Part shown: positions 38,888 through 52,931 of the stretch, in pieces | Position numbering within the stretch: the stretch's first letter is position 1 | Layout of the letters: each line of letters opens with the position of its first letter | Assembly: GCA_051362555.1 (NCBI GenBank) | Contig: CM120646.1 | Coordinates: forward strand, 6,510,001 to 6,574,000 | Length of the DNA: 64,000 nucleotides | Origin: Lingula anatina | Lineage: Eukaryota > Animalia > Brachiopoda | Direction of reading: 5' to 3' | Notes under the pieces: generated by a model | Told to the model about the DNA's origin: nothing | The model's database searches: none | The model's input: only the letters and a program-made list of their open reading frames with translations | Position numbers and translations under genes: made by a program

Positions 38888-40221
38888 TGAGTTGCCATAA
38901 GGACTTTGATTCTTGACCGAACGCCGCACGTGACTTACAGACTGGTGCTTCTAGGACACTTCTAGCATATTCACAGAGGGAAATGTCCGGACAAATCCCT
39001 GTACTTAAATCCAGCCGGTTAGACCATTCGTGAATAGATTGACTCGTCAGAAGACGAAAGAGTCCTACGGGCTATCAGGAAAAAAAATCAAAATTGGTGT
39101 ATATGCAGGAAGAAGCGTTCTTATTATCCATCATTCTCTAGTTTTGACAACAGTGCTGTACAATGCACTACTTAATGCCAGTAAACCTGAATACATACTT
39201 CTATATGGATATGTGGTATTAATGAAATACTCACTGGTGGTTAAATTCCAGGTTAACTATTTAACTTCAAAGGTTAATACTGTATAAGTTGCATTCTTGA
39301 TTCAGGGTAAATTCATTTGAAAGATGAATTAAGTGATGGTTGGATTATCCAGATATGCCGTGTTAAGAGGAATTAGTGTGATGTGCGTAGATTTTTTATT
39401 TTGAATGGCAACGCCTTATCTCGAGTGCAGTTGACAAGACATCATTATACTTGTTACTATAATTTATCGTAAACGATTGATTTAGTTTGAAAGCTATGTA
39501 GTTCTTGAAATTTGTAGACTTCTACATATTCCAGAAAGGTCGATTTAGCCGTTATTCAATTAATAATTACGATATAAAGATTAGCCCAACCGATTGTTAT
39601 TTGTTGTTATTTATTATTAAATCGGAATTTCAAAGATAGGTCCATTCAACAAAGTCGGTCCATTTGCCAAATTCTGTTTAGTATCAATGTATTTGTTTTA
39701 AGATGGTCTGGACTTCGTGTCTAAAACAAAATGTTTTAGTGTAGAGTGATATTTCAGGTTACCAATGGCAATTATAATGGCAGGTTCGTTAATGTTATGA
39801 GTTTGCTGAGTTAAAGCAGTGTGTTTAAAACGCATTTTATCGTATGCCATAAGTGTCAATATTCAATATGTTAATATTTTAAATAATGGTATATCTATGT
39901 TGCAATGTTTAATATATTTGAGAAGGCTGACAAGTCGGATTTGTAGCCTTCAGATGTCAGTTGGTGAGAAAACCATCACCTGACATTGCCAAAACGACTT
40001 AATTTAATATAATGTGAGCTTGTGTTATTTCCGAACTACCTCTTACATGATAGTTTTAAATACAAAACTGAATATTTTGCATATATACGTATTTACTCTT
40101 AAGCATGCATCCCAGGCGACAAATTCAGACATGATAAAATAAATAATTTGTCTCTGATATATCCCCGTATATAGAGATCAACTACTTCTCGAAAAACATA
40201 TTTAGTAATTAATTTAATAAA
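38888..40221 (+). other. Putative Dfd 3'UTR
   Basis: AATAAA at 40138-40143 and 40216-40221. Confidence 0.35.
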
Positions 40222-40467
40222 TAAAATACAAAAAATATCTTAAAGAATGGTATGCCTAATAGAATTATTCTGAATATTTTTCTACCTATCACAGCTTGAA
40301 TGTCTCGAATGTAAGTTTACAATTGTTATGATGTGTTCAATATCTAGGATAAAATAACCTATATCTGTAAGTAATACAACAGTATTCGTTGCCTTTTCAA
40401 AATGTTTGCTCACGATTTTGTTTAATGAAAAATACATTTTAAATTCAGTTATGTATGTGCCTACCAT

Positions 40468-43400
40468 GTGAAATCCATTGGATATATTAGAAATAAAAAT
40501 GAAATGGATAAATTACTATCGTCTATCAGTTTCTTCGGTCGTTTTCGGTTTGAAAGGGATGGGTTACAAGAATTTCCGACTACTAAGTATTCTGTCCGGC
40601 ATGATGAAAATGAACCACAGTTCCAGATTTGGACCAACGTTCCTTCCAACATAACTCTTTCTTGAGTTTCAGACAACAATTTTCCAACAAAAATGAAACT
40701 ATTGCATCGGTTTTGAGATAATGGAGCCAGGACATAAGATTTTGTAGAGGTTTGTTTTGTCAATTCTTTAGATGGTGCTTCGCTCACTAATGGGGAAACG
40801 GAAAACTGCCAAAGATGAAGACGCAAGTGTATACCAAAAATGCATTGAATTAATTCGAAATTTACGAAATGATCGTTTTAAATATGTAGACGCCAGCACT
40901 GCTTTAAATGGCCACTTCGATATAAAACAACGCACATAAAAGAAAAAACATTCCTTTTTCGGGATATACATCATATGTGGTATATTCTGAGGACATGGTG
41001 GCCGCGGGGATGCGTGTATGGCCGTCACTCTGTCTCCATTTGGTTCCATAAACATGGTGACAATTTGGTAGATATTTCCATTTTGTGTGTTCTCCCCACC
41101 ACCTGGTACGCCCGCCTGGCTGCCTTGGATTACAAGATAAGGCCCATGTTCATTTCCCTACACGCCTTATCGGTATGGATAGAATATACGGCTCCATTGT
41201 TCCTGATTCATGTAGTCGTTTATTTAAAATCATTACATAGAGACTGGCCCATACATCTTTGGTTTTATGGCGCCGGGACAATGCCAAATCTCCACTATTT
41301 TGATTGTCTGTTTGCTTTGGAAGGATATGCTAGACATATGCAGTATCGTGCATTTTCTATTTTGGACATGCACGCCAAACCTCGATCTTGGACACAATTT
41401 GGTATGTGGTTTCTAACTTATGACTTTGAACAACCAAAGAGGTATCCATGGTCAAAAATGGATATAGTGTATACGTAAATTACACTGGAGAAGTTGCCTT
41501 CAAAATGTGTTCAAAGATTTGGTATAAAAATGACAAATCTTTGCATACAGACTCACTCACAGAAGCTGTACCAATGTCATTGCTACCTGTTAAACAGAAC
41601 ACGTACGTTTCATGCCATTATGGCCTTGAAATACCCATGAGAATCAAGGCAGGTACAACAAGTCTTAACATTGTACAATCATCCTCCCTTTAAGCTACTT
41701 GGTCTATAAGTACAAACAAAATGTTTCAGTCCAATTATTTTGCTCAGACAAAATCAAAACAAGCATTTTGCTTTACAGGTTATATAACACAGATATATGA
41801 ATCCTTTGTCTCTTACGACATAATCTCATTTGTCTTTAAAAGTAACGTGCTATACAAAATCAAGATCAAATCAAGATCACGGAAGACAGCTCATTACACA
41901 TTTCATCAAATATCTCAAAATTGTTTTCGGTCCTTCTACATATCTGATTTTCAAAAAAAGTATTGTGGAAAAGTACGAAAAGAATCAATTTTGTACACAA
42001 TCTAGGCGTTTTACGAAAGTGACATAAAGTAAAAAGCAAGACTGATTCAATTTAAATGTCCTTGCAAACTTTTTACAGAAGAAAATGAAAAAAATTACAA
42101 TTCAACATAAAAAAACGTGTCTTGGCGTGTGTAACATGATATCATATATGTGCAAAGAATCCACATTCACAAACAGTCCACGGGAGCCAAACGAGGAGTA
42201 TCTACATAATGCCTTTATCTAAAGGCAACAGTAAATGAAACTGGACCTCATATCTGTATCTAGTTTTCCATGTCCTGTATACTTATCCTTTCCCGTTGAA
42301 AAGCAGAGCGTGAAAAAAATAAAATACCAAAAATAAATGTTTACCAAGACGTAAAATGAAACCTTGCTGTGGGTATAATCTAATCTAATGCCCATAATTA
42401 AGGGAATGGTCTCCCATTTCATGTCCCGGCCAGTTTTTTACTACAGTCACAACAAGAACCTGGCTGAATAAGAGAGAGAATATAGAACTAACTGCACTCT
42501 GTATTTGTTTTATACTGGTCTATTTAAAGTTCGATATGATTGCATGACATCATTTTATGGTGATATTGTATAGAACTACACACGTTTTAAACTGCCTGAA
42601 CCAATAAACACATATCATCAAAGGGAACATGTAATGAGCTTGTTTCCTGACGATGCTTCGCAATTAATGCCAACAATCCCAACGCAAGTCATTGATTTTG
42701 GCATATGTTAACATTTTCCAACACTTTTCTGGATTGGGATTAAAAAATGTTTGCTGTAGTATGTTTTTGATATCAACCTAAAAGAAATATCGACGGTCGA
42801 CCTAAAAATGACATAAGAAAAGTAGTTGGAGTGATATATAGAAATCCATTAACATTTTCCCAATGGCATACGACTGTGCCGGATGTATTTTTCCTTGCCT
42901 TTGATGATATTGAAATGTGAATACCCAAATTGAAAAACACATTTGAACAATTACTCATATATTAAGAATCTCTATCAACTCGTGAGCGAAGGAAACGACT
43001 GAATATGAAGCAATCACTTAACATAGGGTTCTACCAAATATTTGATTTCTGCATTATCTCAAAAGGAGCCTAGTATATAGAATATATCAGAGAAATAAAT
43101 GAGTTGAAACTGGCTGAATTTGTAGACATAAAACATGATAATAACACCAAACGAATTACCGTGAGTAATTACATACGTTACAAAGACATTTACGTTTTAC
43201 ACATAGGCAGCCGTGTTATCGGGTCAAAGAGGCCGTTGAGGAGACCGTCCGACCGGCGCCAGACCCTTTAACAATGTATAAGATGACAGGGCACCTATGC
43301 AAAGATACAACTTTATTATATAGAAGGTATGATAACAATGCATATTACCATAGCATATTACCATAGCAAATTGGCACACGCTGGTTTCTACAGCTTAAAA

Positions 43401-43940
43401 CGACTCATTGTGAAAATGGTTCTGTAATATAACACCAAAGATAACCGTTTTGATTCTGTTCTATCTGGTGAGAAAACACAGGTTTTTGGTGCCTATTTGC
43501 TTGAAGTCTACAGAGAAAATTGTCTTTTTCTTTTGGTAAAGCTAATGTGTAATGAACATGAAATAAATAAGACAGAGTAAAGTAGCAAAAAAAGTTGTAT
43601 TGAAGAAGTAAAGTTTTTGCATACTTAGGAATGGTATTGAATATAGATTTAAGTGTTTTGCAACACGAAACGTATTTGAGTGGTGACACGTGTCAAACAT
43701 GAAAGATTTCGTGAGACATCAGTACACCAGCCGGACCGAACTGTCACAGGTGACGCAATAAAGGAAGCAACTGTCAATTCAAAAGCTATTCAAAACAATT
43801 GTGGTGACCTTCCTTATGCAATGGTAACTGTAGGCTGTTCACCTATTTGTACCACAATGAAACACCTGGTCAATTGCATCCTAGAACATATTGTAGAAAT
43901 TGATGATATGAAGGGCAAAAACGGCAAGGACTGCTGTTGA
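40468..43940 (+). pseudogene. Unclassified decayed coding-like island (possible TE or viral relic)
   Basis: One frame is stop-free from 40882 to 41478 (~198 codons, the longest non-Hox open stretch I found). The same frame is open at 40468-40665 and has only sparse stops at ~42380-42815. No family recognised. Confidence 0.35.
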
Positions 43941-44390
43941 AAGAAAAAGAATGAATGATAACCACGGCATTATTTGAAAGCAATGTCCGATTGTAAAATA
44001 GGATCATTGGTAAAGAACCGAATGAGTCAATAGATTAAAAAGTGGAATATATATATAACAGTACCCTGAAAGCTTTAATTTACAAAACTATGGGTTCGAA
44101 TGGTATGCTATGATTGGGTGCGTAATCATAACTGGCATTTGATTGGAGGTTCGCGGGAACACAAAAGATGTGACAATCCGTCTTTAAGTGGCGTTTTATC
44201 TTTAGGCAGTTGCACTTTCTTTATCAAAATCTAAAAAAAATTCAGTTGAAGGTAGCAGAGACGAAACTGACCTGACTGACAAACACTGAAGCCAAATGCC
44301 AGTAAATTGTCAGATATATCTGCATTTAATGTCAAACTATTATCAATCCTAGTATATCTGTACATAATGTCAGATTATGGGCAATATATG

Positions 44391-44432
<42 letters not shown>
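44391..44432 (+). repeat. (TA)7(TG)14 microsatellite
   Basis: Direct reading. Confidence 0.95.
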
Positions 44433-44436
<4 letters not shown>

Positions 44437-47131
44437 CATTTATAGTTTTAATGTTATCCTCTTTCATGAGGACTTCATGGTGCAGCGTGGCCAGGGACTT
44501 CTTTCATGTTTTTTTTCCCTTAGTCAATAAAAGAAAACCAATGAAACAAAAGAGGCATATCCAATTATTCGTAACACATTCATTCAAATAAGTCAAAAGC
44601 TTAAACATATGTTTCGATATGTCTTCTACAAGGTAATTATTTGATTTGACCTTTTCTGAATTGCGGTTTCATTAATCTGGGAGGAATTTGCGTTTTCTAT
44701 TGTTTAATTTCATATTTGAATGCGTGGCATTTATATATTTATAAGTTGGACACCTCGGTATGATAAATGAAATTGGACTTATGGATGCATTACTCTTTAT
44801 GCAAACACCTTTATACAGTTCCTAGTAAGGTGGCGCCAAAGTACAACATCTTATTCAATAATAAACAAAATACTGAAAGCATGAATGGGAGGCCTCAGGC
44901 AACCTAATCCATTTAAAACGCGCATGCTCTGCCCGCGCACAACGTAAAGTGTGTCATAGCGCATGCTCTGTTGTGGCCGCTACTTACTCAACACAAGGAA
45001 GCAGGTGCACAGTATCCATGTTACCCGGGAGATTCTGATAAATTCGAGTACACCTATACTGTCTAAATAGAATGACCTGTTCTCAAACTTTTCAAAACCT
45101 GACACATTGTTTCAGTCCTGATGGTCTTTTTCGCTATGAAGCCGTTTCAATAGTATGTTTGATGCATAATGCCATCTATATTGTTTACTATTTAAATACG
45201 ATACTACGATTTGTTACTATATGTAACTTACCGAAAATGCTTGCGACTTAATAATGTTTACGTCCATATATATGTACTGTCCCGTTTAGATAGCATTTCA
45301 CATTTGTAATAATGTCTTGAATATGTAATCCTATTATCCATCCAGTCGTCTCTGAATATGTTACCGATTACCAATTATTCCATGCCGGGGCACTGTTTTC
45401 TTGTTCTGCAACACTTTTCACTGGTTCGTTTCATTTTAAACTAGCATGTAGCACTGGTAGGCACACTTTGTATGCGATAAAAAATTCCCTCGGCGACAAC
45501 CACTTTATTATGAGCAGATTTCAGGATAACTGGACCATAAAAGTAAAGAATTATCATAAATAAATTGTTTAATATTGCTATCGTTTATCTGAGTTGAAAA
45601 TAAAAGTCGTTTACTGCGCTACAAATATTCTTAAAACTCACGCAAATGGCACTATTTAGCCATAATCTTTTCTTTAATGTTCCCCCCTAAAAGTTTAATT
45701 GGCCTTGGGTGCCATTATTTGGGGCCTATTATATGAAGAGATGATGCATTCAAGTTTAAATGGCAATTCAAAATCCTCAATTGTCTATCTACATTTTGCT
45801 GCTTTATTCCGTGGTCCATGTTTAACTTTCCAGATCACTCTCATTTTTTTTATTAAAGTACATCATTGACAGGGATTTCAATATTAAAATAAAAACCTAT
45901 GAACTCATATATGTCTTTTCATATCCATTTACAACTTATATCGAATAATCTTTAAAAATTAAAAATTTCCATGTGACTAGCATTCGTGTTAGAAACAAAT
46001 AACTTTTTGTTAGCTATTTAAATAATCTGTCTCGAGTGAAAACCATAGACCAAAAAAAGAAAAAAATCCAGGTAAGGTATATATCTCTGAAGTTTGATAT
46101 GGATTTATTTAAAGGCATTAAAATAGTATGTTTAAGGGCTCCAAATATATGTGTTTACTAAATAGATATGCGACACCGTGCCGTGCAGGTATACACATAC
46201 ATGTATGTGCATATCCTAACAAATGTATAAGACACATTTCCAACATTCTAAAAGCAACCGTTGCATATTGTAAATTAGTGGTATGGGAAAACATAACTGG
46301 TTTCTGTTTTTGCATATCTTCAGTACACCTGAACACACTCTTCCATTGTTCTGAACCAATGTATCCAAGACACTGTAAAATCTGTTGATATATGTGTCGA
46401 AGCAATCTTTGGCGACTGCCAGACTAGATCGTCCGTTTTTTCAGGTACTGTACCTGTCATTGCCTTAGCATTACGAACGACTTTTGTTCCCCTAATGTAA
46501 AACTAATGGTCATTATGTACTCTAAACAGGGCTGTAGGAATTAGGCACACACAGAGACCAGGAACTCTCACTGCAAGCTTTTGTTGGCAGCAAGTGGTGT
46601 GCCTGTATGGAAATTGCTTGTAAAATGATACTCAAAAGAACAATTGTAGAAAAACCTATTGAGTTAATAGCGGCGAGAAACTGCTATATTGACCAAGATA
46701 CAGTACGAAAGAGGCCATCGCTGGCTGGAAGGAACCAGATACAACATGTTTAGATTGGCAAGAAACAAGCTGTGAAAATTCTATCTACTAACCCAAGGTA
46801 AGAAAGAATTGAATTTTACAGTATTATAGTTTTATCCACAGGGCCTGTTACAAGCCCCAGATCTGCAAACGATTATTTGAACTCAATGTTTTCCTTTCCT
46901 ATTTATTTCATTTCTAACAATTTAAAAGCCCCTGGGTACGTATAAATTTTGTGCACTGGATGCCAATATTTGCTGACAGTTCAGGTCATAATACTACCTC
47001 AAAACTAGTAAATTCACATTTAGTGCAAGAATGCGATTTTTATAACATCAGAAAGAAAATTTAAGTAACATATTGCAAGGCCCAGCATTATAAGATTCCT
47101 AATTATCTAGAGAAAAAGGCGCAAATGCACC

Positions 47132-47383
47132 CAAAACAGATATCGTGTTCAGTGCGTTCACCTGTTCTAAATATGGCGTGGTCACAGCAGGGACAGGGTT
47201 CCGTGTCTGTGATTTTACTGTTACATGACACGGTGGTAGATGTAAAATAAGTAAGTCACTTTAAAGTCACAGAGTGCAAAATTGGCATTTAACGTTCTCT
47301 AATTATGTGAACTCCAGGCAAAACAGGTATGGTGTTTAGTGCGTTTACCTGCATAATATGGCGTAGGCACAGCAGGGACAGGG
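47132..47383 (+). repeat. ~65-bp imperfect direct repeat pair (47132-47198, 47319-47383)
   Basis: caaaacag.tat.gtgtt.agtgcgtt.acctg...aatatggcgt...cacagcagggacaggg in both copies. Confidence 0.85.
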
Positions 47384-50300
47384 CGCAGCATGTGTTCAAA
47401 AAGTCTGGTACATGCACCACAGTCTAGCAAATGGCCATCAATCGCTTGTTTTGTCGGGTTCAATCGGTGCTTTAATTTGTGAATCTGTGAACTGATTGGT
47501 CAAACCTTTTAAAAAATGCATGTACCAGACATGTGACCTCAATATGGCTATGACAAGTGCATGGAATTAGGAATAAACTGAATCTAATTCATCTCTCCTC
47601 TTTAAATATGTATGTATATAAGTATTATTGAAAACCATCATACACTATAATGTTTTATTGAAATTGTTACAAATCTTCCGTAGAATTATGTAGCCTCACG
47701 CAACATTGTCACATAGTATTTGTACTTATCATTATGACACACGTATCTGAATCGAAACTTAATTCAACCTGATCAACATAAATATAGAATATGCCAAAAT
47801 GTTTTGGTATAAGTTGACTATTCCATACATGCGTATCAGAAAATCTTCCCAATGGTGATTTGTACATTTTGTACACAAACAGTGGGTAATCACGAATTGA
47901 TTCGTAGAAAAAGGGTTATTGTTACACACTATCGTGTATCTCCAGAAAGAACAATGTTTCTAGACGGTTTGCTTTAATTGGTTGATATGCTTAACATCCA
48001 AACCCAATATAGAGGTGCATTCCACATGCTGAAGTGTCAAACATTAAAATTGGATGAATTTTCAAAGTTGTGTACAATTTTTAAAACATGTATGTGTATA
48101 GAACAAAAATAAATTTTAATTTTTACCATGCCTTTATATTACGCAAAGAGCCATCAATGGTAAAGTACGTTCCGGTAAACGTATGCTCCGGGTCATTTAA
48201 TTTTAATTCTTATAGCGCGTTCCGATATATAAGGAGTGATTCAATCATGATAAATTCAACATGACGTAAGGATGTTGTTATGAATATCTAAAATATAAGT
48301 CAAGGGGCTTTACGCCATGACTAATAATATGTTACGTATGATCCCCGGAAAAATTGTCAGAAAGTTCATCCTACCCAAGTACTTGGTGCAATAGGAAACA
48401 GGGTTTTCCGTTGTTGATTTGAAATTGACATATGGATTCCATGATAGTTTGACATTTGTGATACAATATTTGGACCACAAATGGAAAACATTTTATTTCT
48501 AAATATTGTACTGTCAGTAGGGTGTATTTCCGCCTTTTTAATATTCAATGGCAAGCAAACTAAAGTCGTTCAAAACAATTAATTGCTCTATATACAGAAG
48601 ATTATCATTTTTTACAACGTAATACTTGTAGGAAATAAATCAAAGAACAAAACCCGTGATGATTGGATTTTCAAAGTGAGTAAAATGTTTCCACAGCCGT
48701 ACGTTTTGCATTTGTGACAGTAACAGATGTTCCTTTTGGGATTAGACGATGGAATTTTTTTTTATTATTATTCATGGTTCCAGGAGAGTGACTTTGATAC
48801 AAACTTCTTTATGTGGGGCCCTTAAATAATCAAACATAGTGCACTTTATATTTTTACGAGCATGCCTGTGACATTATTTGCACCTCAATATTTGACTTGG
48901 GTGTTAAACGTGTTTAATCAAACAAAAAATGGGGACACGTTTTATAATATGACACACAGTAACAATTGAAAGGAAATGTAAGTAAGGAATACGTACCCTG
49001 ATTAAATGCTAAAACACAATCCATTGATGAGTTAAAAGATTATTCCAAATTATTCACAACCATGAAGATAAACCAATGATTAGGGCCAAGATAGAGGTAA
49101 AATTGCTAAAATTTTGACCCACTTAAGAAGCCGTTCTATATTACACATTGATATTGTAAGTTGTATGGGGTCACAGCTTCATTAAATTGCTCAGGAGGTT
49201 CACAAGCAGCGTCTTTATTAGCCAGGGGAGTACGGAGAAGCGTACGTATGGATCTGAAACAACTTGATATTCATCTCCCCCTTTGTGTGGCCAAAGTGCC
49301 GATATAACGACCGACATCAATGGAAAAAAGCTTTGAAATACTTCGCCCGACCCAGATGGAGAGCGACATCAATCCCTAGATGTGTATTTATGATAGTGTT
49401 ATTTGGAAATCCATATAACTGGCCTTATAAGGTAAATTTACAATGTCTGGGAACGTGAATAACGGCTTGTCCTACAGCACCATGTAGAGTCGTACATAGA
49501 CATGATTAATGAGCAAAGTAAATTGCTCCAGACCCCTTGTTACACCGTGTTCTAATATTAAGACACGGTTATTGATACAAGGCTGTGTTGTAACCATGGC
49601 AAGCTATACCTGGGTGGGATGCCGCTCTCCCCTCACTTAGAATTACAAAATGCCTGTTGCTCCACGTAACTTCGTAGTTGTTAACGCCTTCGCTTGGACC
49701 TACCATTACGACCGTCGGGGATCCTTATCTTTAGAGATGGGGCGATCAGGTGAGATAGGCACGACTGTAGTAGAAGCGTTAGTTTACTGCATTTTCAGTC
49801 ATTGCTATTGTTTTTGGGTCCTGTCATTGCACATGTATATGAACACTATACTTTTGAAAGGAAATGAGTGTAGATTTAACGGCTATGGTGTTTTACGCGC
49901 TGTCATAAAAGAGGAGCAGCTTTATCTACAAACTCAAGCAAAAGCTAAATCATAATGAGAATGCTGGGTTATTTGGCATTTGTTTATTCAACTTCATTCC
50001 TAGCATTTCCTATTAAAACCAACCACCAAATGTCTTTTTTTTTCTGAAACCCAGACACGTCTATATCTCGCAATGAACTGAGATACAAAATAGGAAGCAG
50101 AAAGAAAGCTAAAATACTGGGTGAATTGTGCCGGAAATCCGGAAGAAATCAGAAAATATTTGCAACAATAGATAGTACACCTATTTTATGAGACATAAAA
50201 TGTCTCTTGCTCAATGCCTTATCTTATCTTAATCGTAGTTTTCAAATGATTTAAATGGCATTTTCAATTTCAAGCTTGGTAAACAGCGACTTAAAATTAC

Positions 50301-50957
50301 GCCGTAAATTTAAGAAATGGCGTTTATTTCTTAATAATAGTTGGGTGCTTTTTTCTTTATTGCTTTTGTGATTAATTTCTTCCATACTAACGCAATATAG
50401 GGGTGTTTTTGTGCTGCGTGAAAACTGCTTAGTCAAGAACATTCTCCACAGTATTCAGCCGTCAGTATATTGTACACCCTACCGTTAGAAGCAAAGTTGA
50501 TAGTTGTGTAACTGTGTGTATATAGTGTAATATATGTATTTTTAAACTACGTATTTCCTATCATTGTGTTTTACGTAAATGGGGAATGTCTAAATCCAGC
50601 ATAAATATCTAGATCTATCTACTGTCTAATCACTGAGCATTTCAAATAGGTTTTCCTTCACTTTTCCATGTAGTGCATGTCAATCTTAACGTGCTTTTGA
50701 TTTTTAAGCTATAAGATGAAAAGCAATTGTCAATGTGATATTACTCTATGAGGTAGCTGTGATGCAATTAGAAGGCAGTTTTCTTCATTTGATTCCCCGC
50801 TGAAAAATGTCGTAAGGGTCCTTCAAGTAATCGTCTAAAACTACCTGGTATAGCTATAAACAAGAATGATATAAACAAGAATGATAATCCAGAACTTCAG
50901 TGTCTTCTGTGTTTTGGCTCTGGTTAGTAGGCTCTGGTATGGTGTTTGTCCCCTTCA

Positions 50958-51024
50958 AATGAACCTGTAGAATCGAGCTTCTGTACCCCAATGTAAACAC
51001 AAACCCGAAACTACAGGGTGCATT
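50958..51024 (-). ncRNA. mir-993: pre-miR-993 (miR-10 family paralogue) hairpin, antisense to the Hox genes
   Basis: Reverse complement gives 5p CACCCTGTAGTTTCGGGTTTGT (51020-50999, miR-10 seed ACCCUG) and 3p GAAGCTCGATTCTACAGGTTCA (50981-50960), closely matching miR-993-3p GAAGCUCG..UCUACAGGU. The arms pair over ~23 nt; position downstream of Hox4 is where miR-993 is known to lie (between Hox4 and Hox3). Confidence 0.9.
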
Positions 51025-52664
51025 CAGCGGGTAACGTCCTCTCCCATCTCATATGTCACGGCTAATGGCTCTCTGTGTGGTGCCTCCACGATTTTCTGTT
51101 TACGTTCCTCAGCTGACGTTTTTTGGTTTTTGTTCATAAAGAAGCAAAATGTATACAATAGGAGAGTGTGTATTTTGATTTGGCTGAAAAATGAGAAAAT
51201 TTGGAATTGGAATTTCACAAAAGGAAATGATATATGTCTTGGTTCCGCTGTATTCAGTTGCTTTTTGTATGAACCCACAGGAGGCCTGAATCTGGTATCT
51301 TACATATTCTTCAAAAAAAGGTTATAATGTTACTGGATCTTGTTTATTACCTTTCAGTATTATATGAAAAATTAAGCCCAACAATTTGATGTTTGGCAAA
51401 ACATTATAATAATAGCAAAATGATAAAAAGAGCGCGTTTCTAACCGTATTGAAAATTACACAATAGCTTGTATGCAGTATTAAATGCGATAGTTCATGAA
51501 TTTTTAATTGCCTTTAATTTGTTCGACAAACCTGTTTTTATTTACATATATAATTTACATAGGTTCATAGTTCTTTAAGTTAAAGTAAAATAGCACATTT
51601 ACATGTATAATTTTCATTTCCATGGGTTACAGTTCTGTGGGTCTGAACACACCCGGAGAAAGCAGATAAATCATATTCGAATATTACTCAAGTTTAAATT
51701 ACAGATCCCATTTAAGAAATAAAATTCCATAATCACGTTGAACCGTGTGATAAATAATGCTGTGCATATGCAAAATATACAACAAATTATCGAAGATGTT
51801 CGGAAGCAATGAAATACCAGGTGGGTTTTGGGGCAACTTTACACAAGTGCTGGATTGTAACGTGACGGGCTAGCCATCATGCAATAAAATTAATTATAAT
51901 TAATTTTTCTTCTCTGTTATCATTAATTTAATAGGAATGCACTGGTGACTCACCCTCAACGTCTGGGTCACCGACCTACTGGGCTTTAATCCAAACAATC
52001 TGACTATTGTTTTTTTTTTTTTTTTCAACAAAGAAAAGGCTTTCGTCATCATATGTGATGGTGGTCCGGAAAAAGGGGATTATAACAGGTTTAAGTCTTT
52101 TAAAAACTTCTATTTATATAATCCTACGGCAAACAGCCTGTGCCTTTCCGCAGGTTATGTTCTACAAATAGGATGCAAGGTTTATGTTTCCAAACAAAGG
52201 GAATGGAAAAAGATTTCAGAGTCATTTTACTGTGACCTGCATATATTGTAAGGTGACCTAGATTCACAGAGAGACTTGGTCACTAGGATTACCCACCTTC
52301 CTATCAATAGCAAACTGTTATAAAGATGGATTGTTCATATTAACAATTTAAACCTTATACCAGTATGATGTTTGCTTTCATTACAATCATTTTACCAGCA
52401 TTAGTGGCGTAGTGTTTTGAAGGTAACAACGGGTGCCATATTACCCAGAACTAAATACCGATAGTATTTTGTGAAAAAAAAGATAATCCTAAATCATATA
52501 TTGTCAGTAGCCATTGCCCTTATAATAATTTTGCTTCTGATTAACATGGTCGTTTAGAATCGGTCATGTCCGTGAAACAAAAATTTCATTAATAGGAAGA
52601 AACTCACTTACAAGCTTACAAGCAGCAAATCTGTAAAATGTACAGACATAAAAGCAAATAATGA

Positions 52665-52931
52665 TGCACAAAATAGATTATTTGGTCAATTTTGATGCAA
52701 CTTTACAACAGAATCAATGTCAAATTTTAATTTTGCACAACAGGCTTGAGTTCAAATGCATGCAATGGAAGTGACAAATGAACATAAGAAACCAAGACTC
52801 AGTCTGCATTTTATTTATATATGCTTCTTTTCTGTTAGCTTAAGAATCTTATGTGAAATATTTTCCTTGAAGGGTCATTATAGCGGCAGTGCCCAAAATA
52901 GAATATTCGTCAATTTTGATGCAACTTTACA
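52665..52931 (+). repeat. ~42-bp direct repeat pair (52665-52707, 52890-52931)
   Basis: tgc.caaaataga.tatt..gtcaattttgatgcaactttaca occurs twice. Confidence 0.85.
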
